NCBI GenBank assembly: GCA_004431415.1
Contig: QPMI01000133.1
Location: forward strand, 124,001 to 188,000
Direction: 5' to 3'
Length of the DNA stretch: 64,000 bases
DNA from: Cyanophora paradoxa CCMP329
Taxonomy: Eukaryota > Plantae > Glaucophyta
How positions within the stretch are numbered: the stretch's first letter is position 1; each line of letters starts with the position of its first letter. Of the stretch, positions 1 to 13,878 are shown piece by piece. Both the position numbers and the translations under genes were made by a program. Under the pieces are notes generated by a model. It was given only the letters and a program-made list of their open reading frames with translations, was not told the origin of the DNA and ran no database searches.

Positions 1-3000
1 TACAGCTGCACGGCCTGGACGGCGCCGCCCCGGGCCAGGTCGGAGGCGGACGAGTCGGAGGGAACGGGCTGGCCCCGCCGGGCGGTGCCGCGGCCCCGCT
101 GCGCCGACTCGCCGACCGACGAGCCGTTGCTGGGGCGCCTCCGGACCGGCGGGGTGCCGGAGGGGGTGGACTGGGCGGGGGGTAGCGAGGCGGAGGCGCG
201 GTTGCGGTGGGGCGTCTCGAGGCTGGAGACGGAGTGGTGGACGACGTCCGAGGCGCGGGAGCCTGGGAAGGGGCGCTCGGGGGTGGCGGCGGGGGCGGAC
301 GGGTCGATGTCCCACAGCGCCGGCCCGATCCAGAGCGGGTGCGCCGCGGTCGAGACGGGCCCGGGGCGGTGGGCGGCGGATCCGGAGTGCCAGGGGTCCC
401 GGGGCGGCGCCGGCGCCGGGGCGAGGGGGGGCGTCTTCGCGGGCCGCGGGGCGGGGCCCGCGGCTTGGTGGCGTCGGCCCCAGGGGGCCCGGCGGCGACG
501 TGGTCATGCGCCGGGCTTGCGCCGGGACCGACCGCGAGCGAGTCCGGTCGATGCGGGCGGGTGCGGGAGGGCCGGCCCGGCGGGTGCGCCCCCGGGGGCG
601 AGGCCCTGGCCCGGAGGGGGTACAGGTCCAGGTAGATATCCTCGCTCTCGACCACGGAGTTGCGGTGGGCCCGCCCCGCCCGCCGCGCCCGGCGCGGCCC
701 GCCGCCGCCGCGCCGCCGCCGCCGCCGCGCCGCCGGGGGTCGTCCCGCCCAGGGGTACGAGGACGCGCCCCTTGCCGCCGCTGCCGCTCTCGAGGGTGGG
801 CGCCGGCTTGAGCGCCCCCGCGGAGCTCCCGCTCCCGTCCGAGTCCTCGCCGTCCGAGCTCCCCGGGGACGCCGGCTTCGGCTCGTACTTCTTGCCCGCC
901 ATCAGGAGCGGGGGAACGGTCCGCCCGCGCTTCATGCAGCACTTGAGGAGCAGGATGTACCAGATGTAGAGGTTTCCCGCCACGCGGAACGCGAGCATTC
1001 CGAGGGAGAAGAGCGTCGAGAAGAAGTCGACGATGGAGGACTTGGCCTTCCGGTTCACGAGCACGTACGCGTCCGACAGCTCGAAGTAGACCTGGTAGAT
1101 AGAGAGAGAGGGCACGACAATGATAAGAATAACAACAATAAGACAGAGCCGAGCTCTACATGAAGATGGGCACCGTGTAGGCGAGGCGGTCCTTGGGGCA
1201 GACGGGCTGGTCGGGGAGGCACGGGTCGAAGTTCATCACGGTACGCTCCGCCTTCTCCGTGTCCGCCACCTGCCGAGCAAACAGACGGGGCGAAATCATG
1301 GGCGTTAGACTCAGAAGCAAAGCTGTGCTGCGTGCACTAGATTGATCCCCTTCTTCTTCTTCGAAGGGACGGACCTGGAGTGAGGCCGAGTAGCGGGGGT
1401 CGCCGTCCTTTTTGTCGGTGAAGTGCACGGGGGTCAGCCTGCGGGCGGGGATGATCATGAGCGCGCGCGGGGCGCCAGGGAGGAGGAGGAGGAAGGGGTC
1501 TTCGGGGCTTCCAGTGTCCCACCCACGGCTCCTAAGGCAAGCAGGCAAGCGGCCTTCTCTAGACATTACATCGTCGTCGAAGAGCTCTACGATATTCGAG
1601 GGGGCGCGAGCTTCCGGCGTGCGCATCGCAGCGCACGAGCTCTCAGATTATACGAGCTCTCGGACTATAGATCTCGAATTTTAAGATTTCAAAATCAGCG
1701 CACGAGACGACGAGGCCGACGGGTACGACGCCGCGGAAGACGCGGTCCGAGAAGCTCGTCGCGATCGTCCCGTTCGCCGACACGTCCGTCGGCACCTGGA
1801 GGCGCGGAGGAGGGTAAGGAAAGGGGAGGGGGGGAAGAAAGCGAGGGGGGTACTACGGCGCACGGCGGCGCGGTAGGAGACGAGGGCGGCGAGGGTGTTC
1901 CGCGAGGCGAGGAGGAAGGAGACGGTGACGTTGGAGGAGGCCGAGATGCGGCACGACTCGCAGACCCACGAGACGCTGCACGGTGCGCGGCGGGCCGCGT
2001 CAGCGAGAGCGAGGCATCGCTTGGAGGCTAGAAGCTAGAGGCCAGCTAGAAGCCAGCTAGACGCCAGCTTGCCGTTAGAAGCTAGAAGGTTAGGGCTGGA
2101 AGCTAGAATTCAGCGCGGCGCACTTGCAGGCGCGGCTGGAGGCGAGCTTGTAGGAGGCGACGGTGTGCCGGCCCTCGAATCCGTTCCACCGCGCCTCGAC
2201 GTCCGTCACCCTGCGCGCAAGAAGGAGAAGGTGAGGAAGGGGAAGGGGGAGGGGGGAGGAGGGCGGAAGAGTGGCGTACCCCGAGGAGCCGCCCGTGGCG
2301 TTCGGGGCCGAGGAGGCGGCCACGACGCAGTCGCCGCCGTACCCGTGGAAGATCTGGGGGGAGGGGGGGGAGTGCATGAGAGGGGGCGGGATGAAACAAA
2401 CAAGCGATCCCTTCAACGAGACTAGCGAGACTAGCAAGAGGCAATAGGCGAAATGAAGCTGAGCTGGCGAGAAAGGGCGGACGAGTCGGGTTGCGGGGCG
2501 GGGCGGGCCGGCGGCGCGCGCGGCGGGGGCGGAGAAGGCGCCAAAGACAGGGCTTCTAGTGCAATCTACTCCAATCTAATCTAATCTAATCTGATCTAGA
2601 GTGCGATCTAATGTGAAGGCCAGGGTGGGTGTAAGGATCTAATGTAAAGGATAACAGAGGGCGAAGGCGCCGATCTAGCCCAGGCCCCAGGGCTCCTCGG
2701 GCCGTTGTATCCGATCTTGTAAATCTAAATCTAACTCTTGAATCCGGTCTTATAGTTCGATCTCAATCATCCTCTTCTCACGCGCGCACGGCGGAGGCGG
2801 AGAAGGTGCCGGTGATGTTGGAGGCGGTGGGGGAGGCCCCGGGGGCCAGCGACTGCACGATCACGAAGTTCGCCAGCACCTGCCCCAGGGGGGGGGGGGG
2901 GGGGGGGGGGCGGGGGTCAGGCCAGGCGGGGGGGGGGGGGGGGGGGGGAAGGAGGAGCCTGGGTGTGAATCTCATTATAGGAAGCGGCGGGCGCACGAAT

Positions 3001-6000
3001 TGAATGACGACGAAAGAGAGGGCGAGGACGATGAGGAGGACGCCGGCGGCGGAGCAGTAGGCGCCCACGAGGCTCTTCCGCTTGTGCTCGTCGTCGTCGT
3101 CTTCGAAGTAGAACTTGTGGAACTTGCGCGCCACCTGCGCCAGGGGCGGCGGTCGTCAGAGGGCTGGGGAGATGCATGCGTTCAGAAGGCGGGGAAGGGA
3201 AGGGGGCGAAGCTATAACAACCTTGACTGTAGGTTAATTTCGAAGTCTATAGCTAGTATATCGCAAGATCTAGAAATGTTTGTTTATATAATGGAGGTTC
3301 GTTGTTTAAGAGGGGAGATGCATGCGTTCCGAAGGCGGGGAAGGGAAGGGAAGGGGCCGCGCCTTCCTGCCGCGGGCGCGGGCGGAGCCGGGCATCCTCC
3401 AGGGCGGCCGCACGTACAGGACGCAGCCAAGCAGGACTGCGCGCGGGCGGGAGGGCGGCGGCGCCGGGTCGAGTCAGCGCAAGATTGATTAGCGCGGATC
3501 GTTGAACAGGCGATTCTAGAGTCGAGAACTTCAATCTCTAACTAACGCTTCGCTGCGCCCTCTGCTCTAACGTAAAGCGGCTCGAGATTCCTTCTAAAGC
3601 TCCTTCGAGTAGTAGATGCTTTCTCTTATTATTATTATTATTCTCATGGCTTTCTTGTGGGCGGCGCACTGGAGCGTGCCCTTTTCTCTAACGTGGAGCG
3701 GCTCGAGATTCCTTTTAAAACTCTTTCTAGCAGATTCTTTCTCTTATGATTCTCAGCGCTTTCTTACGGGCGCACTGGCGAGGAGGATCGTGAAGACGGA
3801 GAGGCCGATGAGGACCATCAGCGCGTTCACGTCCGAGATCGCCTGCGCTCAGATCAGATTGGATCAGATCAGATCAGATCTGATCTGATCTGAGCAGGGC
3901 GCACCGTGTCTTCGGTGGGGATTGCAGGCTCCGTGATCGTCGCTGCGGCGAATCATGCTTCAGCGCCGCGTTTGTTTCCTCAAAAACGCGCTCGCCAGCT
4001 TCGCTTCTATTTTGTTTCGTTCTGTTTCGGCGCACCGTTGTTGAATCCGACGGTCTGGGGCCGCGAGGTCAGGAGCTCCGGCTCCTCGTAGCCTGCCGCA
4101 GATTTCAGGGGGGAGGGGGGGCTAGGCCCCGGGCCTTCGTTCGCACGCACTCGGGGAGAGCTTGACGAGGGGGCCTATGGCGCTGCTGGAGGCGAGGAGG
4201 CGGCGGATCTGGCGGAGACGTCCGCCGCTGGGCCCCGCCCTGCAGCGCGGCGCGCCAGTCAGTCAGGGAGGGCAGATGGATGGATGGATGGAAGGGCGGG
4301 GGGACGTACGGGGGGAGCTGGATGGGCGCTGCCGCGGCGTCCTCGTCGTTTCCGGTACCCCGAAGCCTCCTCCTGCTGCGCGAGCCGGTGGACCTGCGGC
4401 CCGGTCGGATCGAATGGACTCGTAACCAGAAGGCGGGAGGGGGGCGGACGGGGCGGGGGTGGAGGCGGGGGCCCGGTCGGGGGACAGCTGGCCGCTGGCG
4501 ATGAGCTGCGCGTTCCTTATGAGGTCCTCGATCGTGAAATCGATGGGGAACTGCGGAGGGGTTAAAAAGAAGGGGGGATGGAACCGGCGGGGGGTACGGG
4601 TACCGTGGACGCGATGGGGCAGAACGACTTGGAGTCGCAGGGCTTGCACGCGACGGCGCCCGACTCGCCGACGTACGTGCCGTAGGGACTGTACCCCCCA
4701 AGTCGGTTTATTTCTGGAGGTAGGGCAAAGGAAGGGTGGGGTAAACGGCGGACCAGGGCTGGCAGGTCTCCGTCGAGTTGTCGCGGTAGGTGCCGGGTAC
4801 GCAGGCGACGCAGCCCGTCTGCTGCGAGTTTGGCTGCGGCGGGGTACAGGTCATCAACGGGCGAGCCCTAGGGGGGTACAGGACTTGGACGCACGACGTA
4901 GCCGAGGGAGCAGGGGAGGCACTCCCCGGCCCCCTCCTCGCTGTACAAGTTGCGGCCCCTGCCAGCGGCCGGCGGCTCAGCGGCGGCGGGGAGGGGGGGG
5001 GGGCTAGCAGCCCGTTGGGGGGTACGCCACGCACGCGGGACAACGGAGACACTCGATGAAACGCGGTCCGGCGTACGTTCCGGCGGCTGCGGGGCGAGGC
5101 CGGGCGGGTCAGAAGTGGTCAGAAGTGAGCGGAGGGGCGGCGGGCTGCACCGCAGGGGACGCAGGCGGTCCGCGCGGCGTTGGCGACGGTGCCGAGGGCG
5201 CAGAGCTGCCCGCGCCGGTCGGAACGAAGCAGAGGAGGGGGCGGCGAAGTCGGGTTGGGGTACGCACCTCGCAGAACGAGGAGCCGCGCTTGGAGAAGAC
5301 GTTCTCGGACTGGGGGCACGAGACGCACTCGGAGCCGCCCACTGGCAGGTACTTGCCGGCGTCGCAGGGCGCGCAGGCCGTGCGGTCCTCGAGGCTCGCC
5401 TCGCCGGGAGGGCACTTGCTGCACGCCGGAGAGCCCGGGGCCGCCGCGAAGAACCCCGCCGAGCACTTCACGCACACGCCGCCGCTCGAGGTGAACCCCG
5501 CCGGGCAGGCTGCGGGTGGGTACAGGGATCAAACAGGGGTGGGGTGGGGGGGGGATAGGAAAGTGCGCACGCATGCACTCGGTGCGGTCGGCGTTAGGGA
5601 CGAAGCCCTGCGAGGAGAAGGGGGGGGAGGGGAGGGAAGGGTCAGGACGGGCCTGAGGGGGCGGGCGGGAGGGGGTAGAGGCCCGCACGGCCGAGCAGTT
5701 CGTGCAGCTGCGGGGGAGGGGTGGGGCGTCAGGGCCGCAGGGGGTAGGGGTCGGAGCGAGCGAGCGGGGGGAGGGGTACAGCGCACAAGGTGGAGCCGGA
5801 CTGGGCGGCGATGGTGCCCGGGCCGCAGTCGGTACACTTCTTCATGCCCTCCGCGCGGTAGAGCCCCGGGCTGCAGGGCGAGCAGAAGGCAGAGGCGCCG
5901 GGCGCCTCGAAGCCCGGGCGGCAGGGCGTGCACGCGGGGTTCGTCCCGAGAGACCCCGCGAAGGTGTTCTCGGGGCAGTCGAGGCACGTGGCGCCTTCCC

Positions 6001-9000
6001 GGGCCATGTACGTGCCTAGGGGGCACTGCGAGCAGCTGGAGGCGTCCGAGGTGGCCACGTTGCCGATGGGGCAGGTGAGGCACGCGCCGCCCGTGCCCTG
6101 GGGCGCGTAGAGGCCGGTCGGACACTGCGGGAGGGGAGGGGGGAGGGGGGGCGGGATGGTGAGGCCTCGCGGGTCGAGAGAGCGCAGGGCGGGGCGGGGC
6201 GGGGCTGCGGACGGGTAGGCAAATCGACTGGTCGACGGCCTTGTACGTGCCGGCGCGGCACTGGGGGGTACGAAGAACGTCAGATGGGGTACGGGGCGAG
6301 CAGGCGGCGGAGGGCCGCGCACCGGGATGCACGTCGTCCTGTCGTCCGACGGGTACGCGCCCTGCGGGGGCGGCGGCCGTCAGCGATACGGGGCGGAACG
6401 GGGGTACGGGGTCGAGTCGGGGGGTACGGTAAAAAGAGCGCACGTCCGGGCACTTCTGGCACTGGGCCTTGGGCGAAGAAATGTGGCCGGCGGGGCACTG
6501 CGGAAAGGAGGAAGGGTGAGAGGGGCGGGGCCGCTCCTCATAATACCGGTGGCGTTGAACAAACCGCCCCAGCGGCGCGTTCGCGAACAAAAGAAACGAA
6601 CCGGGACACATCCGTCGCTCGGGTTCGGGGAGTACATGCCGTCCGGGCACTGCGCGCGGGGCGTCAGCAGGGAGGCCGCTGTAAAGGGCGCACGGCGGCG
6701 CGGGCGTAGAGGGCGCGGGCCCCAAATAAAGCACGCGGATCCCGGATTTTAAGCAGCTCTGCTCTGAGTCCATCGTAAGACTAGAGATTTAAAACTCTTG
6801 AATGCACTCTTAATCTAAAATCTTATACGGCGCACGGCGATGCAGATTGTGTTGTCGCTGTTCGGGACCGAGCCCTGCGAAAGAGGCGAGGCAAGGCAGA
6901 GCAAAGCTTAGCAGAGAGCGGAGCGGGACGAGGGGCGGGCGGGCGGGCGGGCGGACCGTGGGGCAGGGCGTGCACTGCGTGGCGCGGATGGTGCTGATGG
7001 AGCCGCGGGGGCAGACCTTGCAGCGCCCGCTGTCCTCGTAGTACCCGGGCTGCAAATAATTCAAAGTTAAGTTTCATCAGACAGGGAACGGCAGGAATCA
7101 AACAATGAATCAGTTAGCGCGCCTGGCACACGATGCAGGTCGTGCGGTCGTCGCTAGACTCCTCGCCGGGGGCGCAGGCCGTGCAGGCGGCCGAGCCGGG
7201 CGACGGCGCCACGAACTTGAACTCGCACGAGGCGCACGCCGCGTCGCCCGCCCCCCGGAACGTGCCCTGCGGGAGGGAGGAACCAGAGTCGGGGCGGAGC
7301 GGCCGAGGCGAAGGGGAAGGGTACGCACGCGGGGGCATTCGGTGCAGGACTTGCGGTCGACGGACGCTACAGTGCCGGCCTGGCGGTCGGGGCGCGCTCG
7401 TCAGAATGTGCGAGCCTCGGGGGAGTCGGGCGCGCGCGCGCGTGCGCACCGGGCACGTCTCGCAGGCGGTGAGGCCGGAGAGCTTGGAGACTGTACCCAG
7501 GGGGCACTCCAGGCACTTGCCGGAGGCCTCGTAGAAGCCGGCGGGGCACTCGCTGCAGGACTTGCGGTCGATGCTCGCCACCGAGCCGGCCTGGGGGCGG
7601 GCGGGCGGGCGGGTTAGAGGGGGCGGGGGCGGGAGGGAGGGGAGGGGCCGCACGGGGCAGGCGACGCAGGCGACGCTGGCGTCCGCCCCCGAGACGGACC
7701 CGAGGGGGCACTGCGCGCACGGGCGGGTGGGCGGGAGTGCGATGAGAGAGGGCTCGGGGGGCGGGCGGTGTGGCCCCGCCGTTCCTCGCCCTCCCTCTAG
7801 ACCCTCTTCCCCTTCCCCTCCCCTTCCGCCCAGCGACGGCGGACCTCGAGGCAGCGCCCGTCGGACTCGTAGAAGCCGGCGCGGCACGGCTCGCAGACGG
7901 TGCGGTCGTCCCGGGCGTAGAAGCCCGGGCTGCAGGGCGTGCAGCTCGGCGAGCCCTGCGGCGAGAAGGCTGCGGGCGGGAGCGTGGTCAGAGAGGCGGC
8001 GCTCCAAGCGCAGACGCCGCCGCCGCCGCCGCAGCGCACTCTTCCATGGACAGATCTGCGCCCCGTGGCGGGCGGGATCAGCGAGGGCAGCAGAGGCGAG
8101 ATTGCACAGTGGCACGCACGTCGCAGTCGGTCATGTTTTCATTGCGGTAGCGCCCGGCGGGGCACGCGAGGCAGAACTGCTTCGTGATCGTCGCCACCGA
8201 GCCCTGCGCGCGCGCCGCCGCGCCGGAAAGCTCAGCGCAGGCAAACAGACTTGGAGGCAAGCTTGCTGCTGCATCGCCCGCTCTCTCTGACGCAGCTTCG
8301 CGTAGCTTAGCGCAGAGGGGCGGACCTGGTCGCAGGGGAGGCACGCGGTGGCGCCCGCGGCGGCCGTGTACGTGTTCCCGTCGCACTTCTGCGGGGGCGC
8401 TCGAGAGGGGGGGGTGGGGGGGGGGTCGGCAGGGGGTACAACGACACGCGCCTTGCAGACGAATCCGTCCTGGTACTCGCCGGCGGGGCACTTGACGCAG
8501 CTGGAGCGGTCGGACGCGACGATCTCCCCGGGAAGGCAGGCGACCGGCTCCGACGCGTCCAGCGTCGCTATGAACCCCGGGGGCGCAAGCTGGCAGTAGG
8601 AGTCGTTGATCCGCCGGAAGTAGCCCTGCGGGTACGGCGTGTTAAAGGTGCGGGGGGGCCAGGGGTACGGGCTCGGGCCAGACCGTGGGGCACTGCAGGC
8701 AGACGAGGCCGCCCGTGCTGTAGTAGTTCGCGCTGCAGGGGGTACACGTGGTCGCCTTCCGTCCCGAGACCGAGTTCGTCTGTGGGGGGGTACCGTCGGA
8801 CCCTGAGCGCGCTCCGGCGCCCCCTCGCACATACCGGGCACGGAAGGCACTCGTCGCCGTCCTGGTAGTACCCTGCGCCCCCGCGCTCGTCCCCGCGCCT
8901 ACGGGGCGGGGGGGGGGGGGGGGGGGTACGGCGGACCCTCGCGGCACTCGACGCAGATGGAAGCAGAGGCGAAGGGGACCGTCCCCGCGGCGCAGGTCGT

Positions 9001-11199
9001 GTACGAAGCCGAGCCGGCCGCCGCCGCCGAGCGGGCGGGTACAGCCTCGCAAGTCTGAGGGCAAGCTTCGGGGGAGAAAGTGGACCGTCCAGGGGGGTAC
9101 CGCCGCACCGTCATGGAGGAGCTGCGGTAGGTTCCGCTGGCGCACGGCTCGCAGGTCTGCCCGTCCCCGCGGGATACCGTACCCTGCGCGGCGCTCAGAG
9201 ACGGAAAAGCGAAAGAAGCGGGGGGTAGAGGGGCGCGCGTTGCTGCAGGGGAGGCAGGAGGTGGCTCCGTCGACGGACGAGAATGTGTTCAGAGGGCAGA
9301 CCGTGCATACCCCGCCAGACTCGAACGTCCCTGTGGGGGGTACGCGTTCGAATCCGGTTTCGGGAACGGGCTCCCGGGCGCCGGGGGGCGGACCCTTGGG
9401 GCACTTGACGCAGCCGCCGCTGGTGCCGACCTCGCCGGCCGCGCAGGGCAAGCAGCCGAGCGCCGCGTCCAGGTAGGTGCCGGAGGGACACGACTCGCAC
9501 AGCGTCTTGTCCGCGTTGGGGAACATGCTCTGAGCGGGGCGTGAGGGGCGAGGACGAAGAGGGCGGCGGGCTGGGCGGGCCTGGCTGCACGTGACGCAGG
9601 AAGTCGAGCCGGGGTACGATATCCCGGTGGCGGAGCAGGCCACGCAGCTCTCGCCGTTCTGGTACGTCCCCTGCAGCCCGGCCCGGCGCGTCGGCGGGCG
9701 GGCGGGCGGATGCAGAGGGAGACCCTGGGGGGCTAAAAAGGAAGGTACCGCGGGGCAGATAGTGCAGTTGGTCCGGGTCGCGGTCGGCACGGTGCCCTGA
9801 ATCACGGGGCCGCGTCGGGCGCGGCCGCGCACGCGAGGGTGCGCGACGCACGCTGGTGCACGTGTGGCACTTCTCGGAGCCAAGGACGCTGTACCCCGAC
9901 GTGCAGGGTTTGCACGTGCCCGTGGTCGAATCCGCGTACGTGCCCTGGGCGCCGCTTGTGAGGAACGCGGGGTACGCGTCCCGTCGGAGGAAGGGCGCGG
10001 GCGCACGGCCGGGCAGATCTCGCAGGCGCTCTTGTTCGAGTTCGGAATGGAACCCGCGGGGCACGCGTAGCACACGGTGGCGCCAGCCCCGGCGACCTCC
10101 CCCGCCGCGCAGGCCAGGCACGAGGTTCCGCTCTGGTACGTGCCCTGCGCGGAGGAGCGTTCGATCGCCGCGGACGGGTACCGCGTTCTCGCCCGCCCGC
10201 GGAAAGCGCACCGGGGGGCAGACGTCGCACAGGGACTTGTCCGTGTTCGGCACGCTCCCCTGCGCGCCCACCCTGCCGTCAGCGGAGTGGGGGCGTACGG
10301 GACGTCCGGGCCCCGCCCCGCGCACCGCGCCGCATGTTTTACAGGTCTCCGCTCCGGCTCCGCTGACCTGCCTGCCTGTGCACGCCGAGCAGGTCGCCAC
10401 TCCGCCCGCGGAGTACGTGCCCTGCAGGGCGTGGAATGGGCGCGAGGGTTATCGGGGCGATGGGGCGCAGTTCCCGGGCGGCGCACCGCCTGACAAGGCT
10501 CGCACAGGGACTTGTCGCCGTTCGGAATCGTCCCCTGCGCGGCCGACCCGCCGTCGGCGGAGCCGAGGCGTAGGAGACGTTCGGACAATGCCCCACGCAC
10601 CGCGCCGCATGCTTTACAGGCGCCCGCTCCGGCTCCGCTGACCTGCCCAGCCGTGCACGCAGAGCAGGTCGCCAGGCCGCCGACGGAGTAGTTGCCCTGC
10701 AGTGCGCAGAAGCGCCGTGCGGGTTATCGGAGCGACGGGCTGCAGTAACCGGGCGGCGCACCGCCGGACAAGGCTCGCATAGAGATTGCGCGGCGTTCGG
10801 GATCGTCCCCTGCGGCCACAGCCTCAACGAGCAGCATGAAGGCGAGAGCCGTGCGGCGTACCGCGGGGCACGCATGGCAGGCGGCTGCTCCGGGCCCGCT
10901 GACCTCCCCGGCGGCACATGCCGTGCAACTGTTCGGGGATCCGTCTGGCGAGTACGTTCCCTGCGCGCGTGGATCGAGCGTTGAGCTTCAAGTGCGAGGG
11001 CAATGCCGAGGCGAGCGCGGCGGCGTTGCGGATCCACGCTCACCGCCGGACAGTTATCACATGCGTCAAGAAGACTTCCGCCGGCCGGCTCCTGGCCCAC
11101 TGGGCAGTTGGCCGCCCACGCTCCGTCAGCTAAGAGGCCCACGAGGACGAGAAGCACGAGCGCGAGGGCTCGAGCGCCCAGCCTCGGAATTGTACGCAT
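1..11199 (-). CDS. Large multi-exon host surface/membrane protein: signal peptide, many Cys-rich (TNFR/ephrin-receptor-like CxxC-PxG-xY) repeats, about three TM segments, low-complexity tail; 3' end runs off the window
   Basis: Start MRTIPRLGARALALVLLVLVGLLADGAWAANCPVGQEP at 11199 (signal-peptide-like). Dozens of short exons such as CPAGSIPNSNKSACEICPA and CPLGTYMAREGATCLDCPENTF, separated by GT-AG introns. Hydrophobic exons ALMVLIGLSVFTILLA (~3780-3845), SLVGAYCSAAGVLLIVLALSFVVIQF (~2995-3075) and FFSTLFSLGMLAFRVAGNLYIWYILLL (~945-1030). Joining all of this into one gene is inferred. Confidence 0.6.
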
Positions 11200-11740
11200 C
11201 AGTCAACTCCTTATTTCAGTGCGCATCAGAGTGCTGAACGGAGGTCGGCCCACTAGGCTGAGGCTCCCTAATGCCCCCGAACGTTGCCCGCCGCGAAGGG
11301 GATCAGTTCTGGCGGCGCGCTGGACTACGCTGCTATCCGCAAGCTGAAGCTGCGCAGTTCTGCTGCTGTCCGCAAGCTGAAGAAGACTGCGGATTCCGTT
11401 CGCGGGCGCGCGGGGTTTTTCGTCCGAACGTAACGCGCTCACTTCGGAGCGCTGCCTGACTTACAGGCAATGTACAGGTGCTCAGGCGTGCAGCCCGCGT
11501 TGAGTGCTCGGATCGCACAGCTCGGCGGAGGCGATTTTTTTTCACCCGGCCCACGCAAGATGGCGAGTGCAAGCGTGGAGAGGTCCTAGGCGAGGGTACG
11601 CTGCTCTTCGTTCGCGGGAGCTGCATTGCGGAGTCGAACTGTCGGAGGCAATCGCTTCCCGATCCGATCGTGTTCTTCATTCCATCGCTTCGCGCGCTAT
11701 AGATACTCCTGCGCTGGAGGCCACCGACTGCTCCGCTAGA

Positions 11741-12879
11741 ATGGCCGCCGGCCCGGACTCGCTTCTGAAGGCGAAGCTTAGGAAGGCTACGCTCTTCCTC
11801 GGCGTCCTCATGGCGTTGGTGAGGCCATGTCCTTGTGAGGTAGCGTGAGGCGGCGCTGCAGCCTCATGATCAGGATAATGTCAACCGCTCCGGGGATCCG
11901 CGCGCGTGCGCGCGGGCGTCGGCTGGCCGGCGCCATGGGCATGCCGGAATCAACTTGTGACGCTAGGTCGGGGCGCCTTCACTACGCCGCTAGGTCCGGG
12001 CTCTTGGCCATGCCATGTGCACACCAACGTTAACGATGGTCGACGTCGTATACGTACGCGTGTGCGCCTCTGTCTTATGCGAGCGGACGCGCGCAGTGCG
12101 GCTGCGTCTGGGGCCTAATTCCGAAGGAGGCCGGAATCTGGAAGCACCAACGCAGCTTCTACGGCGGCCACCACCAGGTCGGCCCGCATACGAACGCGGC
12201 CGAACGCGCATCTCGCCCTTCTCGTGCCGCGGCGCTGATCATGAGCCTTGCGCAGTTCATGGAGAACGCGCAGCTTTTGATCGCCCTCGCCTTCGCCTTC
12301 GACTACTGCGCGCTGCCGCCGCCCCTCCTCGTCCTGGCCGCCGTCCTCCTCGCCGTGCGCCGCCGGCGCCCTAGGGCTCCTCGACCGCCGCGCCTGGACC
12401 GAAGGCCGGCCCGCCGGCCGTGGCCGACCGCGTGCGGTCCGGCCTGCGCAGGTCGGGACGTGGACGAACCCCCTCGCGTACGTCATCGTGTCGATCACAG
12501 GTGCGGGGCGCGGCCACCGGCCCGTGCCCGGCGCCGGCCCCATAGCTTTGTTCCTCGGACACCTCTGGCTCAACCTCGGTTGCCCGCAGACACGTCGAAC
12601 GAGATCTTCAAGGGCGGCCTGTCGGACGAGGGCGTGAAGCACGCCTCGGGGCCCTCCTCCCCCTACTCCTTCTGGCTCCTCATGACCTGCGCCGTCACGA
12701 TCCTGGGGGGTTCGCAATTCCAACTCACTTGATTCATAAATCAGTGCGCCAGGGTCTGATCGCTCGAGCTCCCAGGCTTGTCCCTGATGCTGGTGGGCGT
12801 GGCGCGCCACTGCGCGGGCTCCGAGACGGCTCCGGGCCTCGCCGACGAATTCGAAGCACGCGCCCGCAAGAATCAGTAG
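11741..12879 (+). CDS. Small multi-exon host membrane protein, unknown function
   Basis: Exon-like hydrophobic segments MAAGPDSLLKAKLRKATLFLGVLMAL, LLIALAFAFDY, WTNPLAYVIVSIT and YSFWLLMTCAVTILG, ending ...EFEARARKNQ*. Exon boundaries are uncertain. Confidence 0.35.
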
Positions 12880-13878
12880 CCGCGGTCCGCGCGCGGGCGC
12901 TGATCATGAGACCGGGGCTTTCGGGGCTTGTAGTCATTTTTTCGAAGTTGAAGGCTTAATTTAATAAGTACTGGTATTGCTAAAATCTCACCGCCAAATT
13001 GCACCGCCCGCGCCGGCCGCGGTTCAAAGAGTTACAATTACTTCTGGTCTGGCCCGCAGTCTGGCCTGTAGGCCTCGGACTCATGATCAGGCCCTCGAAC
13101 TTCGGAAGAGGCTCGGCTACTGCGCATGGTGCTGGCAGCCGCGCTGAGCCTGGCACTCCTGCGGCAGCTGCATCCGAGCTAGCGCTAGCATACTCATGCA
13201 CGCAATGCGCATGCTGGGAGCGCGCGCCGCGGCGCAATGCTGGGAAATTAAAAGTGCGCATGCCGCCGCGCGCGGGCCGCGGCCGCGGCGCAGTGCGCAT
13301 GCGCGGCGCACCGCGGCGCGCGCGCAGTCCGAATATTAATGCATGCGCGCATATGACTCCCGGTCGCGATCGGACTCCGATCCGCTGTATACGTAGGCCT
13401 AGCTATAGCTATAGGCCTTAAGCTTGGGCGGAATTCGAAGTTGGGCCCTTGATCATGCATATGAGTCATGAGTCGGAGTCATGAGACTCATGACTTGCCT
13501 TAACTTCGCTTAAGTTGCCTAGCACGCGCAGTGATATCGATGGCCGCGGCACCGCCGGCGGCAGTCTGCCGCAGCTGCTGCAGCAGGCTGCAGTGCGCTG
13601 CACTGCCGCTGCAGTGCAAGCTCAAGAGCGGCAGCGGTGCTTGGAGCCTCACGACGGTACTCCTGAGTTTTTTCTTGGGGGGGAGAGAGAGGGGGGGAGG
13701 AATGCTGTCGTCCTCACCGGCTTGACGGCGACATCCCCTACTATCGGCGGACATACAGGCGTAGCGCCAGGCGTCGCCAGCTAATCACCGCGGTTGCGCA
13801 GCGGATCGCGCCCGTCCGATAGGCACGGAGCGAGCCCCCGGCGGCAGTAGCAGTAGCGATCAGCGCTAGCTAGCGAGA

